A DNA stretch of 60,704 nt from Patescibacteria group bacterium (GTDB lineage: Bacteria; Patescibacteriota; Microgenomatia; 2-02-FULL-39-11). This document shows positions 21,777 through 30,198 of the stretch, piece after piece; within the stretch, counting starts at the first letter, position 1; each line of letters starts with the position of its first letter. The notes below the pieces were generated by a model. The model saw nothing but the letters and a program-made list of their open reading frames with translations, ran no database searches and had not been told where the DNA came from. The position numbers and the translations under genes were made by a program. Location: NCBI GenBank assembly GCA_023379265.1, contig JAMCUI010000015.1:1-60704 (forward strand), in the 5' to 3' direction.

Positions 21777-21895
21777 CCATAAAAAACCGCGGTTCCACCC
21801 TATTTGGTAAGAAATGTTTGTCCACTGATCTTACCCACTTTATTTGTTTTTGGCTCCGGCATGCCCTTGCCATCATTGCCTTCCAGTCTTATTAG
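21737..21895 (-). promoter_or_regulatory. T-box riboswitch leader (probably tRNA-Gly responsive)
   Basis: Minus strand carries the T-box consensus AAAUAGGGUGGAACCGCGG (21787-21805). A canonical antiterminator (AGGG / bulge UGGAACC / GCGG-loop-CCGU / CCCU) competes with the terminator. A stem-III-like hairpin GGUAAGA...UCUUACC lies just upstream. A GAA-GGC-A candidate specifier is at 21878-21880. Confidence 0.8.
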
Positions 21896-21997
21896 TATAA
21901 CAAATTGAGGCAATCTGTAAATAGTGCTATCCTTAGGGGATGAAATCAGAGTGTAAATCTTTCCAGAATTATCAAATATCAGAAATATTTTACTGGC

Positions 21998-22807
21998 ATG
22001 GATTTATTTATTATTAAACTATTATTATCAGCAGTTGTCGGTGGAAGCTATGCGGCAATTGTCACCTGGATTTCCGAAAAATTCGGTGCAAAACTAGGAG
22101 GACTCCTTCTTGGTTTGCCATCAACTTCTCTGGTAAGTCTCATATTTATAGCCTGGACTCAGAATGCAAATGTGGCTATTGAGGCTGTACATATAATCCC
22201 CGCTGCAGTTTGCGCGGCATCTCTTTTTGTTGTCGCTTTTATACAGCTTTATAAGAGATTTGGGGCAAAATTCTCCTTCCTTTTATCTTTCCTCTTTTGG
22301 AGTCTTTTAACTCTTCCTCTTATTGCAATACATCTTTCCAATATTGTCCTGTCAGTGGGTATAGGGTTTGTCTATATTTCCGTTGCCTTCTACGCAGTAA
22401 GGGATTATCCCGACAAGAAAGCAAAGATACTAAAGATTAACGGCAAGATTCTTTTTACCCGAGGAATTTTGAGTGGAACAATCATTTGCCTGGCTGTAGT
22501 TTTAAGCAAAGTCTTGGGACCGCTTTGGGGAGGGTTGATGGGAAGTTTTCCGGCTATTTTTACTAGCTCACTTATCATCCTTATGAGAGCACATGGGATA
22601 GAGTTTACTTCTTCTGTAGTCAAACGCATGCCGTATGGAAATTTTACCAACATATTTTTCGCCTTGGGATTTTACTTTTTTGTTCCCAGTTTTGGTATGG
22701 TTGCTGGTACGGCGCTGGCATATGCATGTACCATTATCATTGCAGGAATAATGTATTTTGCTGTATTTCCTTTCTTTGAGTTTATGTCCGGTTATCAAAA
22801 TTTATGA
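21998..22807 (+). CDS. Polytopic membrane protein, function unknown
   Basis: 269 aa with about 8 hydrophobic segments and no catalytic motif. Confidence 0.6.
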   Translation: MDLFIIKLLLSAVVGGSYAAIVTWISEKFGAKLGGLLLGLPSTSLVSLIFIAWTQNANVAIEAVHIIPAAVCAASLFVVAFIQLYKRFGAKFSFLLSFLFWSLLTLPLIAIHLSNIVLSVGIGFVYISVAFYAVRDYPDKKAKILKINGKILFTRGILSGTIICLAVVLSKVLGPLWGGLMGSFPAIFTSSLIILMRAHGIEFTSSVVKRMPYGNFTNIFFALGFYFFVPSFGMVAGTALAYACTIIIAGIMYFAVFPFFEFMSGYQNL

Positions 22808-22872
22808 AATGAGCTACTAGTTATTTTCCATAAATTCTTCTGGAGTAAATAAGACTATTATGTTATCCTTCA

Positions 22873-23694
22873 ATGCGTATGAAGACAAGAGTGCAACAGT
22901 CGGAGATAAAAATCCACGTACCCAGCAATCGTAACGAACTAATTGAAAAGGCGCTGGCTGTAGTGAATGAAAACAAAGAGATTTCTACTCTTTGGAAAGT
23001 GATGAATGTCAATGCCATAGAAAGGTTGGGCATGACGGATCACGGACCGGTGCACTTCCAGATAGTGGCCAATATTTCAGTCCGCTTTGTCAGGCTACTG
23101 GTGAAAAAGGGAGTAGTAATGTCTATTACCAAAGATTTCGATCTTGAGGAAAAATACGCAGAACTGGTAGTACTTTTGGCAAGCCTTTTCCATGATCTTG
23201 GAATGTCTATAAACCGAGAGGGACATGAGGAATTCAGTCTGTTTTTAGCTAACCGCCTGTTGCATGAGACGCTTACTTTTTTGCCGATTGAGGAGAGAAC
23301 GATCGTCATATCGGAAGTATTGCATGCGATAATTTCTCACAGAAGCGACGGTGGACCGGTGACTGTTGAAGCTGGTATTGTGAGAGTAGCTGATGCGCTG
23401 GATATGAGCAAGGGACGTTCCCGCATACCATATGAATCAGGGAAAATGGACATTCACTCCGTATCGGCCGCTGCAATAGAAAATGTGGAAATTACGGAGG
23501 GGGATGAAGCTGCCCCAAAAAAAGAAAAACTCATTCAGATAAATATCACTATGAATAACTCTGCAGGGCTTTTCCAGCTTGATGAGCTACTGAAGAAAAA
23601 AATTGTCGGGTCGGGGATAGAGCAATATGTAAGCGTGCGGGCGTTTATAGACCAGAAAACGGAAAAGAAGCTCATAAAGGAATATAAGATTTAA
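22873..23694 (+). CDS. HD-domain phosphohydrolase
   Basis: HGPVHF...LASLFHDLGMS (H...HD) and a later DALD motif. Confidence 0.7.
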   Translation: MRMKTRVQQSEIKIHVPSNRNELIEKALAVVNENKEISTLWKVMNVNAIERLGMTDHGPVHFQIVANISVRFVRLLVKKGVVMSITKDFDLEEKYAELVVLLASLFHDLGMSINREGHEEFSLFLANRLLHETLTFLPIEERTIVISEVLHAIISHRSDGGPVTVEAGIVRVADALDMSKGRSRIPYESGKMDIHSVSAAAIENVEITEGDEAAPKKEKLIQINITMNNSAGLFQLDELLKKKIVGSGIEQYVSVRAFIDQKTEKKLIKEYKI

Positions 23695-23788
23695 TCCCTT
23701 CTCACCATTTCTTCATAAGATCTTCATCCTCTTCTGATATATTACTTTCTAGACGAACAAATTCATAAATGAAAGGAGGTGAAAATAT

Positions 23789-24121
23789 ATGAAAGCAAAA
23801 TTTTTTACAATCACGGTTTTGGCACTTATTGCAGGAGTAGTATCTCTTGCAGGAGTGAGTCCGGCATTTGCCAAAGACAGAAACCACAGTCACGAAACCA
23901 AGTCAGTTGAAGTGCAAAGTGTTGATCCTAAAAATGATCAAAAAGACAGTATTTCAAATGACAACACACGATATTCCATAAGTTCAGTTGATGTTTCCGG
24001 AAAGGAAAACTCAAATGACAAGAATAACGTGACGGAGAAGAAAGACTCCAAAGACAACTCAGTAAATGATAATTCTATTGATGTAAATCAGACTGAGGTG
24101 CAGAATGAAACAAACAGTTGA
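23789..24121 (+). CDS. Secreted Asn/Ser/Asp/Lys-rich protein
   Basis: Signal peptide MKAKFFTITVLALIAGVVSLAGVSPAFA. Strong SD identical to that of the yggT-like gene. Confidence 0.6.
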   Translation: MKAKFFTITVLALIAGVVSLAGVSPAFAKDRNHSHETKSVEVQSVDPKNDQKDSISNDNTRYSISSVDVSGKENSNDKNNVTEKKDSKDNSVNDNSIDVNQTEVQNETNS

Positions 24122-24137
24122 TCTATTATACATACCC

Positions 24138-24169
24138 AAACTAAGCCCGCCTGACCGCGGTCTTAGTTT
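24138..24169. terminator. GC-rich hairpin between convergent genes
   Basis: AAACTAAGcCCGCctgaccGCGGtCTTAGTTT (12 bp stem). No clean U-tract on either strand. Confidence 0.4.
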
Positions 24170-24257
24170 GTTGATATAAAACCCCGCATATTTCCGGAGG
24201 ATTTAGTTTTTTCTATTCCTGTTTACATGTATTTAACAGATTTCCGCGGTGTAAATT

Positions 24258-25097
24258 TTAGTGTTTATGGATGAGATGATGCGTATGGATGTGCTCATGA
24301 GTTTTGCCGCGGTGCCGGTGAATATGTTCATGGATAAGATTATATTTCTTCAAAAGATCAGAATCTGAGAGTATTTTTTCAGGAATGTCATCTGCGACTA
24401 TTTTATGGTTTTCTGAAAGAACAATAACCCTATCTGCTATATCCTGTACGATGGAAAGATTATGCGTAGCTGTAATAACAGTGTTATTCATACTGTTTAA
24501 TTCAAAAATAAAATCAATAAGCCTGCTTTGGCTGCGCGGGTCCAGTCCTGAGGTGGGTTCGTCAAAAAGCCAGACAGCGGGCGAGTAGGAAAGTACTGAA
24601 GCAATAGCCACTCTCTTTTTTTCCCCTCCGGAAAGGCGGTAGGGAGCACGTTTTGACAGGTGTTCTATACCCATCATTTGCATCGCACTTTTTGTCTTTT
24701 GCAATATCTCATTTTTATCAAAACCCATGTGAAGCGGGGCAAATACCACTTCATCAAAAACAGTGGAAGAGAAGAGTTGGACATCGGAGTCCTGGAAGAC
24801 AAAGCCTATTTTACTGCGGAAATCGTAAGATTTTTTTTCGATATCAAAATATTTTTGATTGATTATTTCTCCAAAAGCTTTGTATGTACCTTTGTCGGCA
24901 AAAACCAATCCATCAATAATTTTCAATAATGTGCTTTTTCCTGAACCATTGGCACCAAGAAGAACTATTTTTTCTCCTTCGTGTACACTAAAAGTAATAT
25001 CGGACAGTGCTGCAAAATTCTGGTATTTATAACCGACTTTGTCAAATTCCAGTATAGGAGGATTTTTTTTATTAATTTTAGAATTGTTATGTATCAT
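24258..25097 (-). CDS. ECF/CbiO-type ABC ATPase with His-rich C-terminal tail
   Basis: Walker A GANGSGKST, signature LSGGEKKR, Walker B WLFDEP. Tail is HEHIHRHRGKTHEHIHTHHLIHKH. Confidence 0.9.
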   Translation of the reverse strand: MIHNNSKINKKNPPILEFDKVGYKYQNFAALSDITFSVHEGEKIVLLGANGSGKSTLLKIIDGLVFADKGTYKAFGEIINQKYFDIEKKSYDFRSKIGFVFQDSDVQLFSSTVFDEVVFAPLHMGFDKNEILQKTKSAMQMMGIEHLSKRAPYRLSGGEKKRVAIASVLSYSPAVWLFDEPTSGLDPRSQSRLIDFIFELNSMNNTVITATHNLSIVQDIADRVIVLSENHKIVADDIPEKILSDSDLLKKYNLIHEHIHRHRGKTHEHIHTHHLIHKH

Positions 25098-25170
25098 ATA
25101 AAAATAATAATTAGATATGAAATCTTCAGAGACATCATTTGAGTAGAGAAATATAATCTGTCAATTATTT

Positions 25171-26007
25171 TTATTGGGTTCTCCAAATCAAAAAAAGCCC
25201 GAAAATTATTGCTGTTGTTGCAACTATTGACCAAAAATCCAAAATAGTGAGAGAAAAATCGCTTAAAATATAAATTTTATTCCTATAACCTCTGGAGAGC
25301 ATAGCCTGATAGATCTCTTCACTCAGTACTTGAGTTTTTCCAAAAAGAGTGCCCAAAGCGGAAGAGACAAGATGTCTGTTTTCCCACTGGGTAAACCGTC
25401 CGACCATCCGGCTTTTGCGGGCTAAAAACATGGAATTGACCGTTTCCAAAAGCACGAATATATATCTGTATGTCATCATTGTCATAATTATAAGAATCTG
25501 GGGAGCATGAAGCCGGTCAAGGGCTTTGAGGAGTCTGATCCAGGGTGTGGTCAATACCAGAAGTATACCAAGAGAGACTGAAGTGGCGACGCGGGTGAGA
25601 AGGAAAAGTGCCGTCAGAAGACCGTTTTGTGTCACTGCTATAAAGAAATGTTGTTGTGGATTATTTATGAGAGTGAGGAGAGGTTTTCCCGGAGTGAAAA
25701 AGTTAAAGATAGCCGGCAGCGCAATAATGCCGGTGAAAAATGGAAGGAAAAGCCAGACGCGGGTGATGAAAAATTTCAGCGAAATTTTTGAGATTCCGGC
25801 AAATATTAGAAGGAAAATATAAACGGAAATTATAAAATACAGATTTACGGAGAGATTAACGGCAAGAAGAAAAAGGATAAAGCAGACTATTTTTGTCCTG
25901 GGGTCAAGCCGCTGCAGAAAGCCGTCTTTCTTGGCGATTGTCTCTGAAAAGACGGAATTTTGTATGGCTCCGGTAATATTTTCCAGATTTTTTTCAATGA
26001 AAGACAT
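25171..26007 (-). CDS. ECF transporter transmembrane component (CbiQ/NikQ/EcfT-like)
   Basis: 278-aa polytopic protein between the M and O components; CbiQ-like ARKSRMVG loop. Confidence 0.8.
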   Translation of the reverse strand: MSFIEKNLENITGAIQNSVFSETIAKKDGFLQRLDPRTKIVCFILFLLAVNLSVNLYFIISVYIFLLIFAGISKISLKFFITRVWLFLPFFTGIIALPAIFNFFTPGKPLLTLINNPQQHFFIAVTQNGLLTALFLLTRVATSVSLGILLVLTTPWIRLLKALDRLHAPQILIIMTMMTYRYIFVLLETVNSMFLARKSRMVGRFTQWENRHLVSSALGTLFGKTQVLSEEIYQAMLSRGYRNKIYILSDFSLTILDFWSIVATTAIIFGLFLIWRTQ

Positions 26008-26009
26008 GT

Positions 26010-27005
26010 TTATTTATTTTTTAATTTGAAAACCTTAAAAAGTAAATACACGACAGATACTACAATAAATACGCCTAGAAATCCTGAAAAAAGATAGCCC
26101 AAAAAAGAATTACCCAAAACTGAAAAATTGTATCCTGAAAAAGGTGCGCTCCAAAGGCCAGTCCAGCGGTCAAACCCGGCCGGTATATACCCCAAACCTA
26201 GTTCCGAAAGCTGTTGTCGACTCCACTCACCCCAGGCAGTACCCGGGGTCAAAAGACCAAGAGGCGTAAGAAGGATGAGAAGAAAAATGATAACTATTGC
26301 CAAAGGAAAAAACCTGCCGGATTTTGCCACTTTTTTGTCGGGAGTTATTAGAGAGGGATTTGTCCGGTATATCCAGGATAGGGTAAGTCCTGTAACAAAG
26401 GCTTCAGCAAGGCCGGCGAGAGTCAAATGTCCCAGCATCATTGCCGGAATAGAAACGGTAAGACCATAGGGAAAATAAAGCGGTTGGCCGGTGATGCTGC
26501 GGAAAATTATTGGTTGGATTCCTAGTTCAACGGCAGCCAAAAGGGCAGCCAGATTTATAGCGATGTATCCGGCAACTGCAGCAGAGACGATTTTCCATCC
26601 GGTTTCTTTTTTCCATCCTGCCAAAAAACGGAAAATGGCATAGCCCGCTAGCGCCATGACAATAGCCATATTAAAAATATTTGCGCCCAGCGTCAGTATG
26701 CCTCCGTCGCCAAAAAATAAAGCCTGTATGATAAGGGCGACTGTTGTCGTCAGCATGCCAATCCATGGACCTAAAATAATTGATGATATGACTGTGCCTA
26801 CAGCATGGCCGGTGGTGCCTCCCGGAAGGGGTACGTTGAACATCATGATAAGAAAAGAGAGGGCGGAAAAAAGGGATATAAGAGGTATAGTTTTTGAATC
26901 AAGTTTCTTTTTGGCCTCTCGTGAAGCCTTCATGAGAAAAGGTGTACAAACCGTATAAAGAGTAAATGATGTAGTTGGGCTAAGATATCCGTCCGGAATA
27001 TGCAT
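26010..27005 (-). CDS. CbiM/NikM substrate-capture component fused to a PDGLE (CbiN/NikN-like) domain
   Basis: Diagnostic N-terminus MHIPDGYLSP. The C-terminal roughly 100 aa contain a TM segment plus TPGTAWGEW...GLWSAPFSGY (PDGLE-like). Confidence 0.85.
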   Translation of the reverse strand: MHIPDGYLSPTTSFTLYTVCTPFLMKASREAKKKLDSKTIPLISLFSALSFLIMMFNVPLPGGTTGHAVGTVISSIILGPWIGMLTTTVALIIQALFFGDGGILTLGANIFNMAIVMALAGYAIFRFLAGWKKETGWKIVSAAVAGYIAINLAALLAAVELGIQPIIFRSITGQPLYFPYGLTVSIPAMMLGHLTLAGLAEAFVTGLTLSWIYRTNPSLITPDKKVAKSGRFFPLAIVIIFLLILLTPLGLLTPGTAWGEWSRQQLSELGLGYIPAGFDRWTGLWSAPFSGYNFSVLGNSFLGYLFSGFLGVFIVVSVVYLLFKVFKLKNK

Positions 27006-27118
27006 AGGTTTCTGAAAGTAAAAAGGACAGGAGTGAAAACGGTGATTTGGTAATCAGTATTAATTATACTAAAAAAACTGCGGTTTGTATGAAGTCTATA
27101 GAAGAATTCTCCCCGCAA

Positions 27119-27150
27119 CAGCACCCGGGATTACCCGGGCACTGTTTTTT
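27119..27150 (+). terminator. Orphan plus-strand terminator-like hairpin
   Basis: CAGCACCCGGGattaCCCGGGCACTG (11 bp) followed by TTTTTT. No plus-strand gene is recognisable upstream. Confidence 0.4.
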
Positions 27151-27177
27151 ATTTAATCCTTCGCAGAAATCTCCGGG
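27151..27177 (+). repeat. Dispersed intergenic motif, copy B (ATTTAATCCTTCGCaGAAATCTCCGGG)
   Basis: 26 of 27 nt identical to copy A. Directly follows the hairpin and T-run at 27119-27150. Confidence 0.7.
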
Positions 27178-27203
27178 TTTTAGCCCCAGGAACTTCACTC
27201 CGG

Positions 27204-27686
27204 TTACTGATTTGCCCCTTTTAGAAAACCGCCGCGAATTCCCGTCCCCCCAAAAAGATATTGTAAATTTATACCGTTTTGGTTAGCCCATGCCTGCAAT
27301 TCCTGTCTTTCTTGCCGTATGGCGTCTTTTCTTTGGGTTGGCGTCATATTCTTAAAGTTGGCTTTATCCGCCCCCCTTTGAGAGAGGAGTTCTTTATGTT
27401 TGGCTATAATGAGCAGTTTTTGGGCATCTGTAATTTTGCCGTCTTTGACCAGTTGGTCAAGTTTTGCTTCAAAATTGGCTTCCATCTTCGTTTGGCGTTC
27501 CTGTCGGTATTGGTCAAATACTGACTGGACATCATTTTGGTTCAAGCCGAATTTCTGGGCAATCATCTGCACAAGAGTCGGCAGTTGCTGGTTTGCCGTA
27601 TTTTGGGCATAGACCTCTCCTAGACCAAATACTGCTGCACCGGTAAGAAGTGTAACGATAAGGGCTATAATAAGTGCTTTTTTCAA
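27204..27686 (-). CDS. Secreted or membrane-anchored coiled-coil protein, function unknown
   Basis: A TTG start at 27686 lies 7 nt after AAGGAGGTGA and gives the signal-like N-terminus (M)KKALIIALIVTLLTGAAVFG. The ORF-track ATG at 27707 lies inside that SD. Confidence 0.6.
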   Translation of the reverse strand: MKKALIIALIVTLLTGAAVFGLGEVYAQNTANQQLPTLVQMIAQKFGLNQNDVQSVFDQYRQERQTKMEANFEAKLDQLVKDGKITDAQKLLIIAKHKELLSQRGADKANFKNMTPTQRKDAIRQERQELQAWANQNGINLQYLFGGTGIRGGFLKGANQ

Positions 27687-27941
27687 GTTGATATCACCTC
27701 CTTTCATGTTGGGGGAGTATAAAGCCTTAAGCTGAAGAAAAGCTTAAGTAGCAAAGCTGTTGTAAGGGCTATTTTACCGTAAGTTTGTTTTTTTCCCTGT
27801 TTTCCATAAGAAGAGCAGAGGCAAATACAAAAACGCCAAGTATAAACACGGCAAGAATTATGACGGGTATAACAAGAACAATCATCTACTAATCTCATTT
27901 ACATCCTGAATATGAAAATTCCATGAGTATGTATTGATTGC

Positions 27942-27970
27942 TTGACAAATGCAACTGAGTTGCATATAAT
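27942..27970 (+). promoter_or_regulatory. Consensus sigma70 promoter with an embedded palindromic operator (probable Zur box)
   Basis: TTGACA, 17-nt spacer, TATAAT. The spacer holds the perfect 8-1-8 palindrome ATGCAACTgAGTTGCAT (27949-27965). A second imperfect TTGCAtTTC...GAAAcTGCAA repeat follows at about 27983-28010. Confidence 0.7.
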
Positions 27971-28072
27971 GACAAAAACAAATTGCATTTCTTGCGTTAG
28001 AAACTGCAAACAGTATGTACCTTTCTAAACTGATTCTTATCAAGCCTTGATGAAGTAAGAGAGCTAAATATT

Positions 28073-28495
28073 ATGATAAAAAAACACGATTGTAAGGAAG
28101 AATTGCGACAAGTAAACCTGAAGGTGACTCCGGCACGGTTGGGAGTGCTTGCGGCTTTGGAAAGTGCCAGTAGCCCTTTGGATACCGGAAACCTCACTAG
28201 TTATCTTTCAGGCCATGGTATTAAAGTTGACCGAGTGACAGTTTTTAGGATAATAAACATATTGACTGACAGGGGACTGGCAAAACCGGTGCTTTTTGAC
28301 GACGGGAAACTGCGTTATGATTACGGGTCAAGGCCGGAGCATCACCATTTTGTCTGCGAAAAGTGCGGAAGGGTGGAAATGGTTTCAAACTGCGTTCTCA
28401 AACCCCTGGAAAAAAAACTACAAAAGACTAAGGGATTTTTCATAAGACGCCACAGCCTGGAATTTTTCGGCCTGTGCGCCAAATGCCTAAAATGA
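28073..28495 (+). CDS. zur: Fur-family metalloregulator (Zur-like)
   Basis: 140 aa with a winged HTH and the EHHHFVCEKCG...CAKC metal sites. First gene of a znuABC-type operon. Confidence 0.8.
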   Translation: MIKKHDCKEELRQVNLKVTPARLGVLAALESASSPLDTGNLTSYLSGHGIKVDRVTVFRIINILTDRGLAKPVLFDDGKLRYDYGSRPEHHHFVCEKCGRVEMVSNCVLKPLEKKLQKTKGFFIRRHSLEFFGLCAKCLK

Positions 28496-28496
28496 T

Positions 28497-29432
28497 ATGA
28501 AAAAGACTGTCATCTCAATCATAGGACTGATATTTGTGATTTCGTTTGTTGCTATTGCCGGTAAAATTCTTACCCGGCAGAGTTTGAATTTAGAGACGGC
28601 TAAAGGCGATAAATTGGTTGTTGCAGCGTCATTTTATCCAATTTATTTTTTTGCTTCACAAATAGGAGGAGATAAAGCGCAGGTATTTAATATAACTCCT
28701 CCAAGCGCCGAACCTCACGATTTTGAACCCACGACTCAGGTGATAGTGAAAATTCATGAAAGTAATATGCTGGTGATGAATGGGGGAAACCTTGAGCCGT
28801 GGTCGCAAAAATTGCAGGATCAGCTTTCAGGAAGCAATGTAAAAATTGTTATAGCCGGAGCAGGATTAACAAATAATGAGATGGTGGAAAACGGGCAAAA
28901 AATTCAGGATCCCCATATTTGGCTTGACCCGCTTTTGGCAAAAAAAGAAGCCGGAGAAATTTTGGCTGGTTTTAAGGAAACTGACCCAAAGGATGCAGCT
29001 TATTTTGAGAAGAATGCGGAATTGCTTGTAAGCAGGTTGGATAGTCTGGATAAAGAATATAGAGACGGATTAAAAAATTGTCAAAAGAAGGATTTTGTCA
29101 CCGCTCATGCGGCTTTCGGATATATTGCCGCACAATACGGTCTAAACCAGGTTGCCATAAGCGGAGTGACTCCGGATGAGGAACCTTCTTCCCAGAAAAT
29201 GGCTGAGATAGCAGATTTGGTGAGGAAAGAAAATATAAAAATCATATTTTTTGAAAAGCTGGTGAGCCCCAAACTTTCACAGGCAATTGCTGCCGAGACG
29301 GGAGCAAAGACTCTTGTTTTGGATCCAATTGAGGGAATTACAAAAAATGAGACGGCTGCCGGCCAGAATTACTTTTCGCTGATGGAAAATAATTTAAATA
29401 ATTTGAAAGCTGCGTTGGATTGCAAAAGTTAA
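28497..29432 (+). CDS. znuA: Metal ABC transporter substrate-binding protein (ZnuA/TroA family)
   Basis: N-terminal membrane anchor and cluster-9 SBP motifs (EPHDFEP, DPHIWLDP). Confidence 0.85.
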   Translation: MKKTVISIIGLIFVISFVAIAGKILTRQSLNLETAKGDKLVVAASFYPIYFFASQIGGDKAQVFNITPPSAEPHDFEPTTQVIVKIHESNMLVMNGGNLEPWSQKLQDQLSGSNVKIVIAGAGLTNNEMVENGQKIQDPHIWLDPLLAKKEAGEILAGFKETDPKDAAYFEKNAELLVSRLDSLDKEYRDGLKNCQKKDFVTAHAAFGYIAAQYGLNQVAISGVTPDEEPSSQKMAEIADLVRKENIKIIFFEKLVSPKLSQAIAAETGAKTLVLDPIEGITKNETAAGQNYFSLMENNLNNLKAALDCKS

Positions 29433-29439
29433 ATGAATT

Positions 29440-30198
29440 ATGTCACAGGTAGATCATACAAAAAATATTATTGAGCTGAAAAATATAAGTTTTTCCTACG
29501 GAAATGAACTGGTGGTGAAGGACGTCAACCTTGAAGTGCACAAGGGTGATTATCTTGGCATAATCGGTGTTAACGGCGGGGGGAAATCTACCCTTTTGAA
29601 GCTGATGCTGGGACTTCTGACTCCAACAAAAGGCCATATCTATCTTTACGACAAAGGTATAAAGCAGTTTCATGACTGGTCAAAAATAGGTTATATCTCA
29701 CAACAGGCAGCCCATATAGACCCCAGTTTCCCCATGACTGTTGCTGAAGTGGTACAGATGGGACGTTATCCCAAACTCGGACTCTTTCATTTCCCCGGCA
29801 AAAAGGATAAAGAAATAGTGCGTCGGGCTTTGGACGATGTTGAGATGTGGCGTTTCAAGGACCGTTTGGTTGGTGACCTGTCTGGAGGACAGCAACAGAG
29901 GGTGTTTATTGCCAGAGCGCTTGCGGGCGAACCGGAAGTGATCATACTGGATGAGCCGACGGTCGGGGTGGATGTGGCAACCCAGAAACAATTTTATTCC
30001 CTATTGCAGAGGCTTAATAGGGAAAACAACCTGACTCTTATTCTTGTTTCGCACGAACTTGATGTTGTTGCGCATGAGGCTACAGAGATTGCCTATATCA
30101 ACCGCTCGCTTATCTATTGGGGATTGCCGGGCAAGTTTATGAAAAGCCAATATTTTACTACCCTTTTCGGAGAAAAAAGACATGCTAAACATATTTAA
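29440..30198 (+). CDS. znuC: Metal ABC transporter ATP-binding protein
   Basis: Walker A GVNGGGKST, signature LSGGQQQR, Walker B ILDEPT. Confidence 0.9.
   Translation: MSQVDHTKNIIELKNISFSYGNELVVKDVNLEVHKGDYLGIIGVNGGGKSTLLKLMLGLLTPTKGHIYLYDKGIKQFHDWSKIGYISQQAAHIDPSFPMTVAEVVQMGRYPKLGLFHFPGKKDKEIVRRALDDVEMWRFKDRLVGDLSGGQQQRVFIARALAGEPEVIILDEPTVGVDVATQKQFYSLLQRLNRENNLTLILVSHELDVVAHEATEIAYINRSLIYWGLPGKFMKSQYFTTLFGEKRHAKHI

Noticed and set aside
20506-21876. The full 456-aa ORF-track call for SHMT.
   Set aside because: The first 49 codons overlap the T-box element and the U7 terminator and have no SHMT homology. The ATG at 21729 gives a normal N-terminus.
21730-21900. A ZTP (pfl) riboswitch upstream of glyA, suggested by an ACUGG...CCGGAGCC string.
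   Set aside because: The CCGCCUGGGC pseudoknot element and the GGGUCGUGAC core are missing. The sequence instead matches the T-box consensus and antiterminator exactly.
27006-27203. A cobalamin or NiCo riboswitch, or a Cys-rich leader peptide (…PGDFCEGLNKKQCPGNPGCCCGE…), upstream of the cbiM/nikM gene.
   Set aside because: No B12 box (GCCACUG-like) or conserved cobalamin or NiCo core is present. The peptide frame has only a GTG start and no SD. The shared motif is read in different frames at its other copies, and the Cys codons derive from a GC-rich hairpin.
27047-27286. A plus-strand 79-aa ORF spanning the nikM upstream region, and the 27704-27898 minus-strand ORF.
   Set aside because: They cross a terminator hairpin and repeat motifs, have no SD, and their composition is not protein-like.
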